From assembly GCA_964247055.1 (NCBI GenBank), contig OZ176054.1:1550001-1614000 (forward strand): a stretch of DNA of 64,000 nt, given 5' to 3'. Below, piece by piece: positions 50,661 to 63,561 of this stretch (the stretch's first letter is position 1; every line of letters starts with the position of its first letter). The DNA comes from Paragordius varius (Eukaryota; Animalia; Nematomorpha). The position numbers were made by a program, and so were the translations under genes. The notes beneath the pieces are model-generated. The model did no database searches. It saw only the letters and a program-made list of their open reading frames with translations, and was not told the DNA's origin.

Positions 50661-51552
50661 CCCTCTTCTCCCAAAAAACTTTTCTAAAGTTGTAGGACAT
50701 TTGTCATGTGATAAAAAATATCATACATTTTTAAAATTCTTTCGATAGATGGCAGAAGAGCTAACCAACGAAAGCATTTTTTGATATTGAACTTGAACTT
50801 TCGCATTTTCACAGAATTCCTTGAGCATTTCAACGCGTACCGTGTATAAAAAATAGGAATATATTTTAACAATTACATTTTGAACATATAGGTCAACAAA
50901 TCAGCTCTTTGAATAGCGTTGTGTATTATATGCGCTGCACACCAAGCCAATAATGCTTTAATGAAGATTATCGCTAATTTATGAAAAATATTTTTTGTTC
51001 CCCTCCTTGCTTTTTCATCGAAGTTCGTATTGGTGTCAGCGCAATATGCGATGATTTTGTCTTTTAAATTATTTTTTTTCTATGAAGTAAAAATTTGTCG
51101 GAATTTTTACCCGCTAGAGAAATAAAATCTAAAATTTTAATTTTTACTCCGGTTTCTGGATCAAAATATCTTATTAAAGTAAATAATTTTGTTTCGTTTT
51201 GATTTGATGGATCAGAATATAGAGATATGAAATTAATTTTCAGAAAATCTTTTTGTATTTCAGAACACGCATGTGGCGAAAAGACATTGCATACAATGGC
51301 TTCAGCCTTTGTACGGGCACATGTAAATTTTTTACTGAATAAGGTACGATTAACCTGTGAGGTACAATCCATAGATCTAAAGGGATGATTGTGATTAACG
51401 GCGTGAAAAGATAAAACGCCTTCGGCTAGTGCCAAATTCTTTTCTACATCTCCAAAAGCAACTTTTCGATAAAAATCGCTCATTTTGTAAAATGATGCCG
51501 CCAAATCTAAACATTCTATGTTTTTATGTTTCCATATGTTTTGTTATATCAT

Positions 51553-51730
51553 ATACAGTTTAGAGTCTCTTTTTTCCTTTTTTATTAAAGGGTAAGGACT
51601 TAAATTTGTATCCGGAGAACACTCACCTGCCCAGGGCTGACAGTGATGATGGAAAAATGCGTAGTTTCGGGGTTCGAACTCTGGCACGCAGAGTTAGAGT
51701 CCGGCGCCCTACCTACTATACCATCACGCC
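51553..51730 (-). mobile_element. tRNA-derived SINE inserted in the hAT arm
   Basis: Minus-strand head GGCGTGATGGTATAGTAGG (A box) ... GAGTTCGAACCC (B box); A-rich 3' end; flanked by an 18-bp near-perfect repeat tatgttttgt(t/a)atatcat at 51535-52 and 51732-49. Confidence 0.65.
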
Positions 51731-52349
51731 TTATGTTTTGTAATATCATGCTTGCCGTTATGTGTGAATTCCCCCTCGCTTAAAGAACATTTAACAAATG
51801 ATTCATTCTTCGTTTTTTTGATAAAAGGTAATTCTTTCATTAATTTATCGTTGAATTTACAACCTCTTTTTGTACTCATATTTTAAAACTAATATTACTA
51901 TAAAAATATTAAATTACCTTAATTTTTGGAGCCGTATAAGCTACCGATTTGTGGTATTAATTTGTCCTTTTATAATGTTGGTAGGTAATATTATTAAAAT
52001 ATTAGTATAAAAAATATTTATTAATTTAATTTTCTAGAGTAAACGTATAAGCTGCCTTGGTATTAAATTGTGTTTTTGATGTTGGCAGTAGGAGTAGGAA
52101 GCAAAGTGTATAATCATATGATATAAATTCGAAAAAAATAAATATTTTTAATCTTAAAATAAAAAATTTTAATTTAAAATTGATATAGATTTTAAGGTTA
52201 ACTAATGATAAAAAATTTAAACGGATAAAAAAATAATTTTTTTAATGTTTTAAAATTTTTTTTTATATAATCGTGAAAAAGCGGGACATTTTAAAAACTT
52301 AGCGGGACGCGGGACAAAGTGTGAAAAAGCGGGAGGTCTGGTCACCCTA

Positions 52350-52660
52350 GGCATGAGCTAATTGCGGTTACTAGAACAGTCCTTCTCCTTGTCCTGCGAA
52401 AGGTAAGAAGTGTTTCACGTGGCATGGTACAATCACTTCAGCAGTGTTGTAAGTCCGGTAGTCGCCCACGCATGCCAACGGGTCACGCTCTGATTAAGAG
52501 CAATTATTTAACGTGATAGGATATTCGATACCGGTAGGTATCAATTATTCGGGAGGGAATGGAAGTCGAGGGGTGACCCCCCTCCGCAAACCTCCAGACT
52601 TACAACTATTCAGTGTACGAACTAAGTGAGGCCATGGTAACCGTCAACATCGAAAATAGT
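52350..52660 (-). mobile_element. Possible second SINE-like insertion
   Basis: GC-rich block with a weak tRNA-like segment near 52580-52650; no TSD identified. Confidence 0.2.
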
Positions 52661-52859
52661 GTTTTGCCCTATGTGGTAACCAAATTTAATTTTTTTGGAG
52701 CGAAAATAAAAGCATTCCTGTTTGATTTCCCAAAATGTATATTTTACCGCATATATAATACAATGAAAATAATATTTTTTTTAATATTTTAATAAATTAT
52801 TTTCCGAATTGGGAAACATTACTCAAGATTAAAATATTTATGGACCCGGAGGCCCAACC

Positions 52860-54300
52860 CCAAATTTTCCCATGTGATGGAGTCCCTTGAGTTATAGATC
52901 CGCTGGTGGAAAAAGAAATCGACCGTCTGGAAAACCCAACTCAAAGTTAAATAACGTGGGCATTGTAAACATACTTATAAACGGCGAAGCTTATGTGCAG
53001 ATTTCTAAGTCACACCTTATACCCACATTCGATAAGTTAACTGCCAAGGTTTAAATTGGGTACTGTTTTCGACGTTGGACATAAAAGATGTCATTTCTTG
53101 CGTTAATACCCACAAAAGTTTTTGATAATTACCAACGACTTTCCTTCGGGCTGACCTTTGCCTCGATAATTCCTTCAAAGTCAAAAAGGGGCTTGGGGCA
53201 TTTTTATTTTAAAAACCCCCTCAGAGGAAACGCCACATCTTTTACGCTTCTTGAACGTGTTCGATAGCGCAATATTCCACAATAAAAGAAGCCATATTTC
53301 TGCTCTTAAAAATTTAAGTATTTTATATATGGAAGGCGCCTTTCGAATTTATACTGCACAACCCTTAGTGAGTAATAAATCCATTCAATTATGATGTATA
53401 TGGTAAAAAGGGTCAAAATTTGGCTAACTCTCTATCCAGATTGCCCGTAGCTATCATCGTATGGGGGAGAACGATGCGGCAATATTATTCGTGTTTTATC
53501 GTAAACTCTTTCGATCTTAATATGAAAACAATTGAAGAAGCCAAAATAAATGGTAATGTTTTTAACTGAGTTGAAATGCGGCTGACAAAAGCTTTTACGA
53601 ATGGGAGTTCTCAAACATTTTAGTATAAATAAAAAGGAGTTCCAAACCTGCTATAACCTACTTTACCTAAATAAACGATTAGTAATACCACACACAATGC
53701 AAAACACCTATTTTTGCGCTGTTACACAGGACAAAATGGTTTAATATAAAACTAAACCAGCAGTTTTATATTTTTGCCTGACATAAACCGATATCACTCT
53801 TTGCGAGGCATGTCCTATTATTGCTGGCCCAACCGATGGTTACTACTGGTTGGTAACTATCGATAGCGCCGCCCGGTGAAATAGGATATGCTTAAAGTGT
53901 TTTCAAATCAGAGTTTCCTAAATTGCCTGGAATATGGCTAGATTTGGATTTCCTCGTTAAATCAACCGTCAATGCCAGCTACTTCGAATCAAAATAATCG
54001 TGTTGGTATTACGAAAATTCAATATTAAACTCATCCGCGCCACACCCTATCACCCAAAGACCAACAGGTAGGTAGAAAGAGTAGAAATATTAAGAACAAA
54101 TTTAAGTTGACCAAACCACCTTACAGACATATAAAACAAATAAAGGTGCTTATATTCCTAAACGAGTTTTCCTGCGTCTTGAACTCCTGCTTTCCTAAAA
54201 CGTCAGGTTCACAACCCTGTGTCGTGTGTAAAGTCGACCCGGCTGAATCTATAGAACATGAAGTGGAAACGTGTCGCGAATTCTGGCGCTATTAACCTAT
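52860..54300 (+). mobile_element. Decayed Ty3/Gypsy LTR retrotransposon pol (RT + integrase)
   Basis: Fragments VEKEIDRLE, CADF, FSTLDIKD and YQRLSFGL (RT); IAGPTDGYYWLVTIDS and IKLIRATPYHPKTN (integrase); many stops. Confidence 0.75.
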
Positions 54301-57300
54301 TAAAATTAAGTTGAGTAAGGGGTGGAAGGCAGGGACATATCATAGAAGGAGGATTTCTATGCGTTGTCAAGGACGAGAAGGATCAGCCGAAAACAAGCTG
54401 ATCAGGGTGAGGGTTAGGGTTTGGTACGATTTCCTGCCTAGTTTAAGGTTCTCATAAAAAAATAAATTCGGGCCGGTGAGCCATATAAAATATCAAAAAA
54501 ATAAAAAACGTTTGATTTTCATAATATATATAAAATATAACACACTAAACATATGATTGAGTCATTATTTTTGTTACCATAAATTGAATGGTTAATTTAA
54601 AATACAGACTATTATAAATTGACATATAATATAAAGACAACCTTTAAATATGGAAAATCTATTATATTACGGATTTTTTAAAAAGCTAGTAAATGAATAG
54701 ATATGTTTTAACTCAAATATCGCTATTGAAACTAAATATTACCTTTCCATATGGTCTACCAAATAAATTAGTAATTACTTAACTTAAATCGTAAACAAAG
54801 TCTGCACATTAATGTTTAATAAACTGTGAAGACATTTCGTCAAAATTTTAACCCAAATTGCGATTATGGAACCAGCATTTTGATTTGAGCTTAATGTACA
54901 TTGTCATATAGTATATGACATGCCTTCACTTTATCATATCAAGAATTGGAATAGAAACTCAAGCAATACTAATTCAGTTTTATTTACAAACTTATCATAA
55001 ACGATCATATACAGTTTAAGTGTTGTGCTAGTTTTTTATTAAATATTGACAGATAGCTTATAGAACAGAGGGCTTTTTCATAAGTTAACTTAAACGGCAC
55101 AATACCTTTGGACCAATACCCTTGGTTTTCTGGCAATAATTAATAAAAAACTAGCAATTTATTTATACTATAGGTAAAATGTTGGAATAAGTAATTTTCC
55201 AAAAAATATAGAAATTGATAAAGATTTGTTTTTGGAATTGTATATCCAATTATTATCAATCATAAGTTTATATATTTATATTATCTTTAATTATGTATCC
55301 TTTGATTTCAGGTGGTCTTGTAAAAGAGTAATATTTAAAACAGTACCGTTGTTTTCGTAAATTTAAAAGTAAAAAATTAACAAAATAGACTATTAAACTA
55401 AAATTAATATTTTTCGAAAAACTGTTGAAATGTAAATATTTAAATATAATCATAACGCTAATTTTAACTGAGCTGAGTGGACGAAAACATGGCGAGTTTC
55501 TTTTTTGTTTCATTTATTTAATAAAATACGGCAGAAGTCGCTCCTTAAGTTTCAGCGAAATTGTTTAGCCATTAATAATCATTTGAGTATGAATGTTTTG
55601 TGATATTACAAAATTATATTGAAACGTATTATCAGGTAAAGTATGATGAAAACGGGGTAATAACCAGTTAAGATAACTTTTTCCATTTATGATGCGTTTC
55701 ACATTGTATTTTGTTTAATTTGTTAGTCTTAATTAAATTTTAATTGTTTTCAAAAATAAATTGGAAGAAATTTGAGACAAATAATCATTATCCTGGAATT
55801 TTATTGAAAGAATATTAAAAGCGGTAAAATAAACATTTTAAAATTTTTTATTAGTATGCATTTCAAACTGGCTTATAATCTAATGGCGACAATTAGCCTA
55901 TTTAAGAATGGTCTAAAAATTTAGGACTTTGTACAAATAAAAATATTATAATTTAATATACGCCAGCTGTGTAAACGCCAAGATATATATTGTTGTAAGT
56001 TTTTAAATATGAAACATCTCTTTCATTTTTTTATGTGGTGCAAGTAGCGTTTTTTTTCTTAATAAGCCCCAAAACCAAAAGCACCTATAAATTTCTTTCC
56101 ACATATTTAACGGAATATATATATTTCAACACCATTTACACTTCGATTGAAAATAGGGAATAAAAATTTTAGATCATTTAATCAAAGTTAATAGTTGGAA
56201 ATAACAAATTTATTTATTGTATATTTCGAAACCATGTTTCATTGAGAGCGCATGCTATTTGCTTCAAGCAGCAATCCATAACTTTCTAAATCCTTTTTCT
56301 TGTGATGGCAATGAGTGCCGTGTTTTTTTAGACACAAGAAATAATTAATGAATGATCGAAGATAAGAGGCTATCTTTGGCGATATCAACCTGTTTGTATT
56401 TGTCGTTTGTCATGAACAAAATGGGATTTGCATCAAATTAATCGGCGCCTTTTTCACTGACCTGCTCTTTTAGATAAATCGGCACTAACTAATGATTACA
56501 GCTGGTACTTAAAATTTTTGATGTTAGTAAAGTTTCTCTATTTCCATAAACGTTAAGCTTTTAGATTGTAAGGTTCTTTTATAACTTTATTGTAATTGTT
56601 TGGTTCTGTCATAACATGTAGTGAGTTCCCCGATTTATTGTTTCTAATATATAAAACATCAGAGAATTTAATTTTTACAAGACTAGTTTATACCATTTTT
56701 TAAAGATTATCTATAAACACTTTAAATGGACCTTAAACTTTTCAAGTCGGTCCTCACACATAATGGTATTGTTGAGTTTGCTTATGACCGTAGTTTTTAC
56801 TATTTTTATATTTTAGTACTCCTTATATAATAGTATTTTTCTTACATTATTGTTATATTTTTTTCAAAATTCAACAAATTTTTACAATTAACTTGAATCA
56901 TAAATTCAATAAACTATATATTTTTGTATACATTTTAGCATCACCCAAAATTTGAATGTACTGTTAAATTCTAAGGGAAGATTAGCTACGAGAGTTTACA
57001 GACCATATGGTATGATGGTACAAATTTAATTTTACTTCACGACTATAAAATATGAAAATGTTGTAGACATAAGTTCCATAGCCTCTATATTATGGTAAAT
57101 TTAATTTCGTTTATTATAAATAGCACTGGTGTTTTTCTTAAATGTATATCTATATTTTAGCGTAAATATCGTAATCAAAAACGGATATGGACTATTTGGA
57201 AAAATTAGTTCCATATATTTTACATTGCAATACAGCCAATTTAAGAATAATAACACAATAATTCTATGCTTACAAATTAAAGTGAAAATTATTTGCGAAG

Positions 57301-57402
57301 TTTTATCGTTATTTGCTTCTCTTTACTTGACAAATATAATTATAAATATGAGGCATATTTTTTAATATATTTTTTTGTAAAAATGACAATTCATTTTAAT
57401 TG

Positions 57403-60400
57403 TTACAGTAATCCTACTTTATATGTTGCCACAGTGTTAGCAAGCCATACTGTTGGGGCGGCTGTTTCAAGATAAGGATGCTAAAACACATTGCAAAAAT
57501 GATGAATGAGTTAAATTTCAATAGCATTGTAATAAATTTATATACCCCCAGTAGTTTAGAGGCGGACGGTCGTTTCGCAACATTCTCCAAGCAAGAAGCT
57601 ATGAATTCGTAGAAAACCTGGCTAGTTGGCGGAATCCATGGCTTGCCCTGGGCTATCATTGTTTCCTTGATCTAAGAATTATAATTATATATGTCATTAC
57701 TTTTCAAATCAAAAATGTTTTAATTAACAATGATCAAATGTTATGCTTGTAAATAGAAATCCATAATTTGTGCGTTAACGACAAAGGTGTATACAAATAA
57801 AAATAAATTTATTGAAATCTCAAATTTACGCACAAAGTTATCGCCAGGGAGGGATGTTTAAAAGCAAAACAAAATACACATGTGAACAAATCATTATTAA
57901 TAACACCTGGCTGGGATCGAGATGCTTATAAGGGGGTTCTCCGCAGACCATTTCAATACAAATGATGCCCAGGGCCCATATATCAGCTTTATGGGAGATC
58001 AGTCCTGAAAAATACATTTCTTCTGCCAGATAACAGGCAGTTCCTGCCACCCTGACAGAGGTATTGTTGTCATAGATGGATACACCAAAATCAACTATTA
58101 TGATATATATATATATATATATATAGAAACATGTTTGTGTTTAATTTTTCTATGAAAGATGTGGGAACAACTGAAAATTCAATTATTAATAATACATTTA
58201 TGGCTAAATAATAGATTATTCAATTTAAGGCTTATTAATATTTTTTCCTATAAATTGGATAACTTTGATAATATTTTGGTAGTTATGTAATTTAGATATA
58301 TTACTCAGTTTGACTGTGCCATTGGTATCAATCATGATATTGGTAGATTTGATATCCCTATGAATAACACTTCTGGAATGAATGAACGATAACGCTTTCA
58401 AGATCTATAAACAACAGGGTTGACAAAAAAATATTGAAAAAACTGTAATAATTTACATTGAAAATTTTAAATATATTATATCGCTGTTTAAAATTGAATA
58501 TAAAGTAAAACAGATAATTATAATATTCTTATAGTAATATGTATTAATATCCTCATGATTCGAATCGTATTACCCATAAAAAAATTATACCAATAGTGCT
58601 TCGTTCCATAAAAAATTAATGAAAGTTATCCCAACTTAAAAAGCTAAATAATAACTATAATATATATCAATATTTATAGTCCACTCCGAAATTCTCACAT
58701 TTTTGGATGCGGAAAAAATCATTTACTCTCAAACGTAGGGGAGATTTTGTGATAATTTTAACAACAAAATAAATAATAAAAAATTTTAAAAAGCATATTT
58801 TGCTTCCAAATATTTTAGAATTTTTGAAACATATATGGTATTTTAAAGATGGATGGAAACGGTATAATCAAACATTAAATCTTTAGAAAGATAATATATA
58901 TTTAACTTTAATTTGAAGATGAACAAATTTAATTAAAATTTCAGAGCACAGTTTTTTCTACTGCATCAATTATGTAGAAGAGGTGTTATTACATCATATA
59001 TAAAGGCTTTTCAATGAGTTATGTTTAAATAAAGCATTAAATGCGTTTACATATGATTAAAAATTTATGCAAAGGGTCAAAATGAAAAAATTACGCATTA
59101 TAAAATTGAATGGTGCTTTTTAAAATAATTTTTAATCTATAATCAAGCAATTTAAAATTCTTATAATGCATTCTTGACTAAAGTTTCTAAAATTGCTTTG
59201 GGATGTTAACGAAATTGAATCATTTGTATCAAAAATAATTTATAAGTGAAAATATTAAGTTAAATTATATGACCCAAATAAAAGGCACCATGAGATCCAT
59301 GATACATTTTTCTACCAGAAATAATATATTTAAGCAGAAAATTCTTGTTTCTACTGTGTATGAATACTTTTACATCAATGTTAAAGTACAACATGCATCA
59401 TATTTAATTCAATAGCCATGAGCTTGTAAAAGCCCTACATTGATATGAAATTTAATAAAGGTCATTTAGAATCTGATTGCTTAATGTAACAAGGATTAAA
59501 AAAAACCTGATGACAGATTTGGGCTATTAAAGACTCCCAAAGCTTCCGACGAGCCAAATCCCACAAAGTAACCCCATCGATGTTCTCCATGATGATCTGT
59601 ACAAAATGAAAAGAAGCAAATTACTAAAGATAGAAATGACACATATTACGAATTTTGATTCAGGAAATAAAATAAATGCTTACCCATAAACTGTCGCCCG
59701 AAAAACTGGAGCTAATATATTCGACAATATTGGGATGTTTTAGATTCTTAAGTATAAATATTTCATTGATCGTATCGTCATCAAGTTGTTTGTCCTTAAG
59801 TTTTATCTTTTTTAATGCTACCGTAGATTTATGATATTTGGCCAGGAACACAGATCCATATGCCCTAAATAATAAATATATAGTTTAGTAATACTATGCT
59901 TTTCTAACAGTATTTATAAAAAAATTAATACCCTTCTCCAAGTTTTTCGCAAACATTAAATTTGGACGGGATGTCTTTGGTAATCTTAATTATGACAAAA
60001 TAATATATGAAAATTGTTAAATGGTTTTTTAAAAACAAAATTCAAAAATCGAATTAATTCAAATCTATTAAATTTTATTATATAATTCATACACCTCTTT
60101 TTGTTGTGGATCGACTGCATCATGATTATTAGGAGCTAAAATATTGATATTAATAAATTGTGAGAAATATTCATGTAATAATTATATATGATACAGAGTT
60201 TTCAGGGAGAGGAGCCAAAGCTAAGTTAATAGCTTTTGTTTTTCCAATAGGGAACTATAATTTTTTCAAACGGCTTGAATTATAAAATAAATTCCAAATA
60301 TAATATTATAATATACTTCGAAAATTTTAATTTGCCTTATTTTTTATATTAAATAACTTATTTATAATAAAAAATGTACAGTTCGGAATTCAGAATGGAG

Positions 60401-62073
60401 TTAAGTTTTCAATAAAAATATAAAATTAAGTAATTCAAAAATTATGTGTACATATGCGATAATTGAGTGACATAGTTTAAAGCGTGTTCAGCAATAGATT
60501 ATCCAGATTAACTCAATGTTATTTTATAAGAATAGATTTTTTTCTTGTTATATATCCTTCTGACCTAAATAATTCCCGACCGAATTTTGTCTTTTTTATT
60601 TTTATTAAAAATAATATTTAGCTTTTTACCGGATCGAACCTGTTTTAAAAATAAATTCATTTAATGATTTTGATATTTTACTATTAAATTTGGAAATCAA
60701 TCATCGTAGTGCAAGTAATAATCGAGGGATAGGGCTTTTAAGACCCACTTGAAAAATGGTGTTTTAAATAGATTTTACTTGCAAATTAGCATAGACCCAT
60801 CAACACACTAATTATATAATTTTATATTTTTTGTTGAGAAAACATCCCTCTTTGAGTTCCAAGACACTAGTACATTTTATCCTATTATATTATGTTTTGC
60901 TTTAAAAATTATCGTAAATATATACTTGTTTTTGGAGGCTCAACGAAATCACCAGCGTCTGGCGGAGACAAGATACTGTGGACTATATAAAAAGAAAATG
61001 TGTTTGTATAATTATCTTACAATTAGGTGACAAAATAGTCCCCCATTATTTGTTTATAATCAAACTTTTTAACCATAATGGCGAAATGGAACATAACCAA
61101 AATATTTTAATTATTTTATTGATCATATATAATATGTAAAATTTAAATATGCTTTAAAAAATATAAATTATTTGTCACCTGATTCATCTTCGGACTTTTC
61201 TTGCTTCGCATCTAAAAATAACGCAAATTACCATCTTAAAAAACATCATATGTGTAAAGATATCATTTTTCAGCCAAAAGAAACATTTTTTCCAGCAAAC
61301 GTAACATTTTTCTGTCTACACGCAACATTTTTTTAGTTGTCTTTGATTGAAAAATGTTATATTTGCTTGAAAACATGTTGCGTTTGGTCGAAAAAAATTG
61401 TTTTTGACTAAAAAATGGTTTATTATCTAAAAATTGAGTGAAAGTTTTTAAATGTATGCAAATTTTAAAACATTATGGAAAGTTAACACTTAATTGAGAG
61501 GTGAAAAAACCTATGCATTAAATTGTCTTTTTTTATTAGGCGTTTTTATTTTAAATATATATTACTCAACATAAGTTATCTAAAGTAAATTAATACATCC
61601 ATGGGCAAATATTATCCTAAGTTATGGATTTAAGATTCGTTTCTTTGGTGAAAACAGAAATCGAAGCGCCCAAATAGTTATAACTAATAAAGGTGTCTTA
61701 AACTATATTTGAATAAAGTAATTTTAAAAATGATTTGGTAAAAAACGGTTAAAAATGTTTTATTCAAATTATCACCTGTACCGCGATGCCGCTTCTTAAT
61801 AAACACCTCCTTCAGGCTTTTTACCCAGCTACGCCGATGCTCGCCAGAACTTTCAGCACCATCTATAATGTATTTGCGGTTAGGTTTAGGTAAATATGTT
61901 ATAAATATTTAAAATTACCCGGCGAAACGTCCCCTTTCTTCTTTGGGAAGAAACTTAGCCTTTTCTTCCCTTTGGGACAACCGCCCTTGGTCCTTCCCAC
62001 TAACGTCCTCTCATCCCCACCGTTCTTTCCAATCACTCCTTCGGCCTCCCCTTCAACTCGACTACTCCCACAA
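57403..62073 (-). CDS. STE20-family (PAK-like) Ser/Thr kinase; 5' part missing
   Basis: Exons 62073-61919, 61862-61776, 61211-61179, 60982-60926, 60135-60095, 59984-59932, 59864-59684, 59596-59507, 58404-58305, 58094-57907, 57671-57546 and 57480-57403 are phase-consistent. Motifs: LGEGAYG, VALKK, LKHPNIV, HRDIKSTN, DFG, KADIWALG, GEPPY, KRPSASKLLGHPYL. No CRIB domain was seen in the traced part. Confidence 0.9.
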
Positions 62074-62449
62074 CTACAACATAACGTTAAAAATGTTTTA
62101 AAGTTCATAATATTAAAACACTTTTATGATTCAACAATCAAAGCAAGGTTTTATATAGGCTTTAATCGTTAGATATATTATGATGTCATTTAGATAAACA
62201 AAGTCACACATAAGAATAACCCTAATTAAAACAACTTGTTAGTATTTAGGGAAAAAAGTTGTAAAATATTATAAATATGTGTGTCATATCATGCATTTAT
62301 TATGTTGATTATTAGGCTGATTTATACTAAATGCAGTTCTAACTGTATGAAATATTATATCCAATTTACAATGGTTTATAATTTAAGAGGTGGGTATTGC
62401 ATTTTAGACGTATGAAGTAATGTCTTAAACTAAAATGTATTTGGCTACA

Positions 62450-63520
62450 AGTTGTTGTTGTTGTTGAGCTTGTAATCGGTTATCGACCATTAGCGATTTT
62501 GTAGGAAAACTTCCTCCATTCGGTTCTGTCGTGAGCTTTTTGAGATAGTTTTTGCAGTGACAATTTGGAAAGAAGATTCTTCTACCCAGCGAATACGTCT
62601 GCGTCCTCTTCCTCTCTTACCATTAACTTTTCCTAACCTAATATCCTTTTCCAAATTGCCCCGAATAATGTGTCCAAAGTAACCGAATTTTCGTTTTATT
62701 ATTTTACCCCGAAGCGTTGTTTGTGCATTAATTTTATTTACAATGTCGATGTTCTTTATTTTGTCCTTCCATGTTATACCAAGTATTTTTCTCCAGCAAA
62801 ACATTTCAAAAGCGTTTATTTTTTTTCGTCTTCAATTTTGATAGTCCAGCTTCATCCGTATAACATGATAGGAAATATTAATGCGTTTATTAGGCGGATT
62901 TTTTTAAGGGTTATGTCATGAGATTTCCATATCTTGTAGTGTGAGGCTAGAGCGCATTTGGCGATAGCTAGTCTTCTTATTTCTTGGGAACTGGAGCTTG
63001 AGTTGTTGATGATGCTTCCAAGGTATGTGTATTCGTTGACTACTTGAATTGTTTCGTTAATAATCCGAAGCGAGTCATAGGAATGAGGGGAGTTTATATG
63101 CAATATTTTAGTTTTGTTGAGGTATAATGTAAGATTGTATTTTTTGCACACATTTATGAAAGTTTGGAGACTGTTTTCGAGGTTTGTTTGTGAATTTGCT
63201 AAGATAACCGTGTCGTCTCCGTAGTGGAGAGTCGTCAGAGGACCCCCTACTTTTATTCCTGGCAGATTTAGATCCCTCATGATACATTCCAAATATATGT
63301 TGAACAACATGGGGGATAAAATGCAGCCTTTACGCAGACCTATGTTCATTGGACTCCAAGAGGTCGGGCCATGCGGGGTGTTAAGTGATAGTAGGAGTTG
63401 GAGTATATGGATTTAATTAGTTTGATTAAGTGATCGGAACTATTTGTTTATGGGCCTTCCAGAGAATGTCATGTTGAACGGTACCGATAGGCCACATATA
63501 GATACGACATCGAACAATTT
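62450..63520 (-). mobile_element. 5'-truncated RTE-type LINE (RT) with a (CAA)n 3' tail
   Basis: GLRKGCILSPMLFNIY, LHYGDD, VNEYTYLGS, FCWRKILGITWKDKIKN, GKRGRGR; a (ttg)n tract at 62452-62466 on + is the tail. It lies upstream of the traced kinase exons, probably in a kinase intron. Confidence 0.85.
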
Positions 63521-63561
63521 TCACTGGATACAATCAGCCTTTTAGAATCTGTATATTTATC

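Larger units (their letters stand above)
48599..52349. mobile_element. hAT transposon structure with two copies of the same (5') end in inverted orientation
   Basis: TIR (T)AGGGTGACCAGAC with GTCCCGC subterminal repeats at both ends; 48600-48950 is the reverse complement of about 51900-52349. Transposase fragments lie on + (49480-49980) and on - (51504-50690; CARTKAEAIVCNV, SLYSDPSN, IIAYCAD, GCAH). Confidence 0.8.

Noticed and set aside
56200-56520. GC-richer minus-strand frame with stops, weakly Copia RNase H-like
   Set aside because: Similarity is too weak to call without a search.
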